NCBI GenBank assembly: GCA_010015805.1
Contig: ML978121.1
Location: forward strand, 3,534,001 to 3,598,000
DNA length: 64,000 nt
Source: Rhizodiscina lignyota
Lineage: Eukaryota
Direction: 5' to 3'
Numbering within the stretch: the stretch's first letter is position 1; each line of letters starts with the position of its first letter. The position numbers and the translations under genes are program-made. Shown one piece after another: positions 11,633 through 20,674 of this stretch. Under the pieces are notes generated by a model. It was not told the DNA's origin. It was given only the letters and a program-made list of their open reading frames with translations, and ran no database searches.

Positions 11633-13552
11633 ATGGATGGCTTGACAGCATTTGCATTAGCAGGAACCATAGCTCAATTCCTGCAGTTCAGCCTTGCGCT
11701 CTTCTCTGGGGCAAGAAAAGTCTATCAATCTTCTCAAGGTGCTTTGCCCGAAAACATCGAAGCCGGCGTCATCGCCAATTTTCTATGCAAGCATGTGGAA
11801 GCTTTGCAAGTCCATGCTGTTGTGGCTGAGCAGGATGCGGACACAAGATTAATCTGCCTCTCTCGATCCTGTGTTGAAATTGCTGGGGAGCTCGTCTCTG
11901 CCTTAGAACGCATTAGGTCGAAAGGCAAGGGTAAATGGTCCTCGTTCAAGGCGGCATTATTATGTGTGTGGACACGGCCAAAGATTGAAGAATTGCAAAG
12001 GCGGCTCGACACGATGACACAACAATTACAACTGTGTGGAATTGTTTCTCTCAAGTAATAGCCTTTGATCGTCTTTGCCAACTCACGCTGCTAACGAAAA
12101 GTCTAGTGCACAACTTGTGCGAGCAACGAAATCAACAGACACTGTCCATGACGAGCTGAAGGGTCTTCGAGAAGATATTCGGGCACTTACCAATCTCTCT
12201 GTTCAAAGACCTAAGGAACTAGGCTTCACTTGGGAAACTGGTCGACCTGAAGATCATATTTGTGTTGATGATGGACTAGGCCCAGTCTTTTATCTGCCCC
12301 GAGATCTCTGTGCTTCCCGAAAGGTAACCTCAAATATACGACTATCGATCAATTATCAGGGCTAATTATTTTTTAGTTGTTTCAGAGTACTATGGAACTG
12401 AAATACTCCTCGAGAAACCTTCCTGGGCTACATCAAATGCGACGAGGTCATTTTGTAGTATTCAACTGGAGCGACACAGCCACACTCAATATACACAATT
12501 GGAGCTCCTTGATGAAAGAAGGGCGCGGCATCAAAATCTCCTTCATTATGTGTACTTGGCATGGGTTTCCAAGGAATAAATGCTTACGATGCTTCAAACC
12601 AAGGAAACAAGGTGCCCAAAGCCGACGGCATCAGATCTGGTCAGTAAATGCATCAACTATTCCTTGAGACTTTGCACAAGTGGTAACAGTAACCAGCTCC
12701 TCGTGCGGCTTGGACCTTCGTTATGTTGAGCCGGACGTCATACCCTTCGAACCTGAAGACATAAGTATAGGGATGAGTCCAGATACGTATCGCAACCATC
12801 GTTTGAAGTCGCTCTCAACCAGTCCCCGAGGAACAAGAAAAGAAGATAATAGCGCTCCAACAGTCCCATTGGCGCCATCCAACCTCGAATGCAAAATTAA
12901 AGATGAAGAAATCCCAATCGACTTTGTATGCCGCCGAATAGTGCTTAAGTGGGAACCGATGTGGAATCTAGTCTATCGGTATCTTTACTGCCGTTGCGTG
13001 ATCCGGCTATCTACTCCATCGCGGTTGGAAAAAGAGATGACAGTATTCGCTCTTGCCCCATGTCCAAGGCATAATGACATTGGTGCGAATTATTTGGACT
13101 ACGGAAATATTGATTATCACCAGGATCCGTACTTCGACCGTTATGGAGGATATGATTGTTTTCGGGCTATGGTACTCTTATGCGGCGAGAACATCTATAA
13201 AATATTAGGAAGTGATAAATTCTTGAGTAAGGAGGAAGTTGATACTGCTGCTGACAAATTACTGCTGCATGAAGAAAGGAACTCAGGCGCCGTTAACAAC
13301 TCCTGCCGTGAACTCTTTTTGGAAGTTAACGACTATTTGCAAAGAGACGGCTTCGATCTCTCGAGCGAAATCCTGCAACGTCTTGAAAAGGAAAAATTAC
13401 GGAAGAACAAAGAGAAGGATGAACTCCTTGACATTTTCTCTCTCAGCGAAATACCGCGAATAGATTTCAGTGACACACCGATAGTTAAAGAAGTGGCCGA
13501 GATTTTGGACGGAAAGTGGTTAGGAAGGCCGCATTGGGCAGTTGACCCATAA
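11633..13552 (+). CDS. Multi-exon protein with a fungal STAND/NACHT N-terminal helical domain, a probable ubiquitin-like domain and an unknown C-terminus
   Basis: MDGLTAFALAGTIAQFLQFS...KWSSFKAALLCVW...IEELQRRL is typical of NACHT N-terminal domains. The next exons read HICVDDGLGPVFYLPRDLC...FQSTMELKY...LPGLHQMRRGHFVV...NWSSLMKEGRGIKISFIM...CLRC. Canonical introns lie at about 12055, 12324 and 12640. Confidence 0.6.
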
Positions 13553-13859
13553 TAATCGAACATTCATAAGGCTCTCGTTATGTATCTCGTGTGCATCTCG
13601 GATATGTGGACTTCCCTATTGGCTTGTGTTATCACGGTTCCTTCGGCGATGAGCGGGTGATCAGGATTCGACGAATTCTCACTTAACGAGGTTCATTCAC
13701 TCAATGATTATTCATTGCGAAGCGTTTTTCTTCGACGGGGATCAAGAATTAGACCCTCACATCTCAGTCCGATCGGGGCCTAGTTTACAGTGTCCCACTA
13801 ACAGCGAATGTTACAACAGCTGGGCCAGTTACCAAACACCCGTGCTGCCCGACAGACAT

Positions 13860-14826
13860 TCAGTTCCCATCCTCGATCGTCAGATTCCCTAATCTGTCTT
13901 TTATGAGCTCCCCATGGCCCGCAAATCTGTTCTTCTTCGCCCACCGCTGAATCGCACCAAAATCCCGACACCGATGCCACCCGCCGTCGAAATCGTAAAA
14001 GTCTTCTGTGGTCGCTAACGCCAGGTCTGCATTGCACGTGAGGCTTTGCCGGATCATGTCGACGCAGTGCATGCTGTGGTTAAAGCCAACTCCGCTCGGT
14101 GCAAAGTACGAATTATTCGGATCGTTGAGCCGCTGTCTTATGATACCCTGTGACTAATGAGCGGCATCCTCGGCTGGCTTTCGTACACGACGTATGGAGT
14201 ATGGATATTGATGACGATGGACTCACCAGACAGTGGAGCTGATGGAAAACAGATATCTGATAGATGCCGCTATTTGGATCGTCTGGAGGTGATGCAGATT
14301 CCGGGATACTGTGAGCAGCAATCCAGTCTTTTGAGAGCCTCACAACGCCTCCATCCTCTAAGACCTCTCGTCAGAAACGCTGATATAACTAGGAAGAGAA
14401 CTACTTTCGCGTGACTTACCTGTGTATGTGATGGATCGCCACCAGTGGTCATTCTCAGTAGAAGGAAATACGGACTCTTGTTTGTTCTCGAACGTTGTGC
14501 GCTGACCATATCTCAAGAGTGTCTCATCTATATGTGATACTTAGCCTTCCATTCTTCAACGATCGTACCTCGTGGAAGGGGACTTTACATTCTGTCATAC
14601 GAGAGGGCAGAATCGCTCCTCTCATGTATATGAGCCATATGATGGGACAGAATATTAAGAGATTGGCAAACTGCACTACCATTAAATATTTCCAAAGGGC
14701 CGCTGGGATACCAGGCTGTTTCAGTCTGTCTCGCGGCTCCCCGTGTTCATCAATATGGTCCTCCAAAGCAGCATAGTTGTATCCTTCCAGTTTGGAACTG
14801 TTTCTCGGAGACAGGAAGTTCTTCAT
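13860..14826 (-). CDS. DUF3328 / UstYa-like oxidase A (type II membrane protein, two HxxHC motifs), 4 exons
   Basis: N-terminal YAAL plus a TM helix, then IYQISVFHQLHCL, FNHSMHCVDMIRQSLTCNADL and WHRCRDFGAIQRWA. Confidence 0.92.
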
Positions 14827-14876
14827 GGACGATAGACAGATTAAACGAGCGGCAACAGTTCAAGATGCTTTTGCCA

Positions 14877-14904
14877 GGCAAGAATATGAGGCAAGAATAT
14901 GAGG
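14877..14904. repeat. 13-bp perfect tandem duplication (GGCAAGAATATGA x2) just upstream of DUF3328-A
   Basis: Seen directly in the sequence. Confidence 0.8.
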
Positions 14905-15358
14905 TGGAGGCCGATACTTAGCGCATAAGCCGGGCCATGGAGTACTGACTTTAGTGGCAGATGCAAAACACTGTACCCTCTGTACAATGGCGTATTAACA
15001 TCAGGTAACACTGGCGACCGACCTGGGACACGAGATTCAGGGATTATACGAAAGCTACTAAAATCTCACTTGGAGTTTCTTGGATTCGGCTAGCGGAACC
15101 TACGGCCACGGCTTTTAAGGGGAAGTACGGCTTCGGCCAGACTTAGCCACTTTCACGCAAAGAAGACCGAAACCTCAATCGGCGAAGATGACTATGTTCG
15201 GGTTCTTGTGATCTGCTGGACTACAGTTTCTGGAATGATCGATAAAGCGAGGTTTGAGTTCAGAAATTCAAGAGCTTTTGCACAAAACGTGTAATGAACG
15301 GTAAAGGGGATGCCCTCACTAATGACACTACATGATACATCCCTTGGTCATATATCGT

Positions 15359-16504
15359 TTAGAATACAATTTCTGGTAGCTTCCCTCCTGACTTCTCTCC
15401 TCTCCCCTTCGCGTTCTGCTTGACTCTCTCATCGACCCATTCTCGAATCTTTCCAAAGTTCCGGCAGGTATGAGGGTAGTTCGAGTCCACATATCTGAAG
15501 CCGCCAAGGAAGTCGTAGAACTTTGTTGGGATTGGTGTGAGATCACCGGAACACATTATATATTGGCGTATCTGGTCGATGCAGTGTCCTGGCTCGAGCT
15601 GTCAGTAGAGTTTTGTTCAGAAGATGAGCAGGTAAATTGAACACTACCTTTGTGCAACACCTCGAAGTTCGCAGTAGCTGGAGGTGGCTCGTAATACTCT
15701 GGCCAAAGCATCTGACGGATCTGATTCTGCGAAACACAGTTAGCGACAAATTTTGGTTCCAGAGAAGTTGTGCTTACAACGCAATGTAGTGTGTGGAACA
15801 TATCCAACCTGAAACCCTGATCAGTAACTGATTGAAATCTGGCTTCAACGGAGAGTTTGTCTACCCGACCAAATATCCTTCCTCGCCACCAGGCATTTTC
15901 GCGTAAGCTTCCTTCCACTCCGTTGGAAATGCAGCTCGAGCTTCTTCCTCGGTGATCATAAAATAACGATCTTTCCACGTTAACTCAGAATTTCCGGCCA
16001 GAGCACACAAAGATAACTCACCACGAAGAAGTTTCTCCCAGGCTTCGTCGAGTTCAGGAGTTGGATGGCCGACATAATCGATTGGCCCTGGATCCGGGAC
16101 CCAGGCAGAACCGTTCCGTAGCCATGCTGGACTGCCTTTGAACTGTATTTGCTCAACTTGAATTGCGTGCGCCGCTGGTGCTAGATTTCATGCATATTAG
16201 TACGGACTACGGAACCATTCTGAGAGTTTAAGAGCTTGATCGCAGATAGAGGAGTGGTTGGGGAGATACCAAAATCAGTCGACCAGCCTTTCGAAAGCGA
16301 TCCGACTCCAACTCTCTCATGTTCTGCTGAGACGCAACCTGTCTGCCGTTTTGCGTAGAGATACGAACTCGATATCAGAGAGATCACAGTTACAGTCCAG
16401 GAAATGATAAGGGAAATTCGGAGGAAATGATTGCCCCTGCTAATAGATGTCTGATGCTCCACTAATGCGGAATATTCATACTTTGAAAACGGATTGAACT
16501 TCAT
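15359..16504 (-). CDS. DUF3328 / UstYa-like oxidase B (two HxxHC motifs), about 5 exons
   Basis: MKFNPFSKYEYSAL plus a TM helix and GWSTDF, then YVGHPTPELDEAWEKLL, RLDMFHTLHCV/NQIRQML, LHK/GHCIDQIRQYIMCSGDLTPIP and HTCRNFGKIREWV. Confidence 0.92.
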
Positions 16505-17563
16505 CGTCGAATCCGCGAAATCGAAGACTGGACAGAGAAACAATACTGATGTCGAGAGTTGAGAGCATGGTTCTATCCAGAAATGGATGAAAATTGGTAA
16601 TCAGCTCTGTCGTGTGGTTGAAATAAGATACTACTTTAAGAATGTATGCTCAGCGCCAGCTGGTTGCGATAGCGGTTATCCTGTCAGCACCACTTGTAGA
16701 TGAGATTAAACGCAGTCTGTGCGTTGTTGACCGAATGAAGGCTTTGTCGCGTTAAGGAGAGATCAATGCACGCACACAGGTGTACGATAATGTTTTGAAC
16801 CGAGGGAAGAGCAGTCCGGCCAAGCACAAGCTTAGAGCAGGTTTCAGCCTACATCTGTGGCCCCTTGGCACGGAGCTGAAGTTGGACAATATAAATTAGA
16901 ACACGATACGGATAAGGGGAGTACCTATGCTTATGTAACACTCTCAGGGGCCAATCAGAAAAGCCCACACAACTCCGGACTTCCCCGCGTCTGCCAACGG
17001 TCTCCACAACACCATCCTGCAAGTACAGCTATTCCCGAAGTCCAGACATTAAATCGGGCACGCCAACTCAAAGAGGTAAATGTTCATGTGGTAGTGATCC
17101 CGATAGGGCGTTTCGTTCGCTCTGCTCCTGGCCAAATGTGATCATTACTTGTCATGTCAACCTCGATTGTGGCAAAGACTCGCGTGCTTGCAAAACTTCA
17201 GGTTCGACGTCGTCGGTCGCTTTAACTACTCTACTAAGCAGGTTGGGTGAGGCTGAGGAACGTTACTGTACCTAAAGTCGTATATCACCCGGTCGTCTTC
17301 TTCTATTGATATTCATGTTTCTTGTTCATCGTCCATCAGCGCTACCGGTGCGTTCCTGCGGGCCGTGGCAATCATTCGCCTTTCCGTATCAGACTATCTT
17401 CCAGCTCGTGGTCAGATTCGCCTCGCGACAGTTAATTTACCGGGGTCTTGTGAGATGTATCCAATTCAAGGGGGAATGACATTCCTATTCCTACCTCCTT
17501 TGTCGAGCTCACCTGAACACATTTCCATCGTCAAGCCATTTGTATATCGCTATACACAGCAAC

Positions 17564-18514
17564 ATGTCTGAAAGCGTATACGCTCCATTAGACAGAGAGG
17601 TAGAGGACTCTCCTATTGGAGTTTCACCGCGCCGTTGGCAACAGTATTTTTACCTCTTACTTGCCTTTTACGCTCTCTCTGTAGCTGTACTGGTTCTGGA
17701 ACCATTTCAGCAACGCGGATCTGCAGGGATCACAATATTTCCCGAGTGTAAGTCTCTCGTTCAAACCCGAGGGAGACTTAGCTAATACGGGGTTGAGCTA
17801 GTTTCAAAACACCAAGTGACTTTCAGGGAGAATGTCACCTTCGAGCGAGACATTCCCGGTATCAACAACTCGGTCTGGAACTCTCTACTCCCTGGTATGT
17901 GGTTCGGCTCTATCTCATGCCGATTTCCGCGAACCATAAAGCAGCAATGACTGAATATGAATAGAGGGAGCCGGTTTCATCAAAGTCGACGAACCCACTC
18001 GCTTCGGACTTTCGGGTGGCTTTCCCCTTGAAGACCTTCCAGGAACTGCGGAGCAGTACTGCATTTCTATGTTCCACCAATTAAATTGCTTGGTAAGCTT
18101 TTAATGCTTAAATGTCTTCTACATCAAGCTGGGTGGGTATTGGGGCTGATCATTTCCCAGGCCACTTTGAAGCGGGCTTTCGAAATAGTCAAGCAGTCTC
18201 CCAGATCGTCAGAGCCAGACCTTCTCCTAGAGCACGCGGCTCATTGTTGGGATTACCTGCGCCAAGTAAGTCCAGTAGACAATTCCTGCCTTGTAGAGTT
18301 TATGCGTTGACCACGTAATACACAGGCCATTATGTGTGCGGCCGATCTGACTCTCGAGACCGCCATCGTGAAAGACGGGAAGATGTTGAGTAGCGTAGAT
18401 GGATGGGACAGCACACACCAATGCATTGATTATGGGGAGGTTTATGCATATGCATACGAACATCGATCCAATCATAACCAAGACGGGATCATCAACGAGG
18501 GTGAGAACCGTTGA
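17564..18514 (+). CDS. DUF3328 / UstYa-like oxidase C (first motif altered to HQLNC), about 5 exons
   Basis: MSESVYAPL plus a TM helix, then WNSLLP/EGAGFIKV, ISMFHQLNCL, EHAAHCWDYLRQ/AIMCAADLTLE and GWDSTHQCIDYGEVY. Confidence 0.9.
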
Positions 18515-18750
18515 TGTGGGCTTGTCGCCGACTCTCTCCTGTCAAAGCTTCATCGCCGAGACTTTTGGTCCTTTCTAGCTCTACGTCTACTTGCCTCTTC
18601 AAGGCTTTGCTTTGCTTACTGCAATCTCCATCTGAGCTTATTCCGTGCAAAAAGTGGTGGAACAACGACGGGTGAGTGGTATCACACGATAATTGGCGCC
18701 TAGGTGGAACTATTTGAGCATCGGGCTATCAAGTCGCCGCTCTCAGGGAC

Positions 18751-18875
18751 TATAAATATTATGCAAACGTGTCGCCGCAAACACATCAGGCCGCTCGAAA
18801 GTCAATCTCTATCAATCAAAATCAGGTTCGTATGATACATTGAAGTTCTTTCAAACTTCTGGCTGATTGCAACAG
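18751..18875 (+). promoter_or_regulatory. TATA box (18751-18758) and probable 5'-UTR intron (18826-18875) of the small peptide gene
   Basis: TATAAATA followed by a 50-nt GTTCGT...GCTGAT...CAG intron-like segment upstream of the ATG, which is in TTCAACATG context. Confidence 0.55.
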
Positions 18876-18936
18876 AGTATCCGTTCGGGACGAAGATCTC
18901 CAAACAACGTCAAACGTAACGTCCCCAAGTTTCAAC

Positions 18937-19119
18937 ATGAAATTCATCACTGCATTCTCCTTGGCTCTTGCCGCTCTCTTCGCAGCCCCGGCCATCGCTG
19001 CACCGACTCCTACCGAGGGAAGCATGACGCTCGAAGTGCGTGATGCCCAGGGCAATCTGCAGAGCCGCAAGGTCTGGCTCTGCGACTCTACTCCGGGTTT
19101 CTGCAATGCCGTCGCCTAG
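18937..19119 (+). CDS. Small secreted peptide (60 aa), candidate RiPP precursor
   Basis: Clear signal peptide MKFITAFSLALAALFAAPAIA, pro-region APTPTEGSMTLEVR-DAQGNLQSRK and C-terminal VWLCDSTPGFCNAVA. Codons mostly end in C or T, the start context is good, and the gene sits between DUF3328-type genes. Confidence 0.8.
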   Translation: MKFITAFSLALAALFAAPAIAAPTPTEGSMTLEVRDAQGNLQSRKVWLCDSTPGFCNAVA

Positions 19120-19742
19120 AGCTTTCTGGAAAGGATTTCTGTTAAGATAGCAACGCTTGGTATTGCAAGTGGTTGAGCAGCACCACCATTTGAAGGTGCG
19201 GGGAGTCGTGGAAGGGGCTTGGATGCATTTGGTTCGAGGAGTGTAGTGTCTTTGTTGTAGCTGCTTTAGAAAATCGATGTGAAAACTATTCTGGCAATAT
19301 TCTGGCTGTAACGATGAGGGCTCGTTGAGGTTAAACTCATAAATTGCGGCAATCTCTGCTTCGATAAGTAGACTCAACAAAAATGTCTTAATGATGTCTC
19401 TGGCATATCAGTCGCGATTGAATTGCTCTGTTTCAACAGACGCGATAGGGTGTGCCAAGCAATATTGTATATCCGTTATATGACGGCCCAAAGATTCGAC
19501 GGGCCTGCTCGTATTGACGCTCAGGGGCTTCGACGTAAGCGCTGAGTTAAGAAGATTTAGCTTCCAATGAGCGATTGCTTATAAGAGTAACCGATAAGCC
19601 CCGTCTCCTGCTTTATATGAATGACTGAGACCGTAGTCGACTTATGATCGGACCATCTTCTTCATTTTATAAGCGCATAGCCGCGACTCAATCCACTTGT
19701 TTCATCATTTTTGCGAAAGGCAAACACTAAGTCGGGATCAAT

Positions 19743-20507
19743 ATGAACAAGTTTGTACCCATATCTTTAGAAAAGTATGTGCATTAGATTCGCAAGTTGT
19801 GCAACTAAGAAAAGCTCGCTCATACTTGCAGGACCGGCGGAGAAGGCACGCCGAGCGATGTAGAATCAATTCTCGACGACGATGAAAAAGAAGAAGCAAC
19901 ACTCCTATCCCATCTAACGAAGATCAGCCAAAACTCTAAGCTGAATACGTTGCGAGACTCTCCAATAAAGATAAAGATTGTGGTCCTCGGCCTTCTCTTC
20001 ATCAGCGTATTCACGGCCGGTATCGTCATTCTGCGGCGCTTCGGGAAGCATACTTGGATTCCATGCGGTACCACCGCTGCTGAGGCCCGAGCTGCAAACT
20101 GCCACTACGAACCTATGATGAGGGCGTGGATCCCTCACGCTTGCTACTTCCCGGAGCCGAGCGAAGAGTACGACCCCTTCCACGACAGAGAGTGGTTTTC
20201 GGATGAGAACTTGACGGTGCCGGTGGACATGCGGAAGCTCGAGGAGGGAGTAGAGAATTACCCGGTGTACTCAAGACACTTCCATCAGGAGCACTGTCTC
20301 TATGCTTGGAGGAAGCTGGCGATTGCCGTCGAAAGGAAGCTCCCGTTGCTCGACAGCAAATCGCACGACGTCTGGCATTCGAGCCACTGTTCGAAAATGA
20401 CCGTCGAGATGCTGAAAGCTTCCTGGAACGGAACGTGGGAGGATCTTTGGGGAGAGAAATCAACTCGTTCTCCGACATTGTTTCTGGGATGCAAGGAAAT
20501 GAGATAA
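19743..20507 (+). CDS. Divergent HxxHC-HxxHC protein D (DUF3328/UstYa-related subfamily with CGxTxxEARAxxC motif), 2 exons
   Basis: Exon 1 MNKFVPISLE(K) at 19743 and an intron GTATGT...CTAAG...CAG ending at 19831. Then a TM helix, CGTTAAEARAANCHYEPMMRAWIPHAC, FHQEHCLYAWRK and WHSSHC. Confidence 0.8.
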
Positions 20508-20674
20508 AAAGAGGCCCGCAAATACGGAGAATTGGCAATATGGGATCGAACATGTCCGGAAGGCGTGTAGACATGTCTCCACAGTCGTGTCGTTAGAGAA
20601 GGGGTGAATTGTTCGATGTCCTTAGTGTGTGAGAGGTGTAAGAATGGTATCTTTATCTACAGATATTCTTATAG

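Noticed and set aside
16600..17500. ORFs 16857-17141 and 17365-17571 as additional precursor peptides
   Set aside because: GTG starts, no signal peptide and no processing sites. The region is best explained as the divergent promoter of oxidases B and C.
19072..19116. Resemblance of WLCDSTPGFC to ascomycete alpha-type pheromones (WC..PGQxC-like)
   Set aside because: Alpha-pheromone precursors carry multiple KR-flanked repeats. This is a single copy with different Cys spacing and no GQ motif. Not fully excluded, but the context favours a RiPP.
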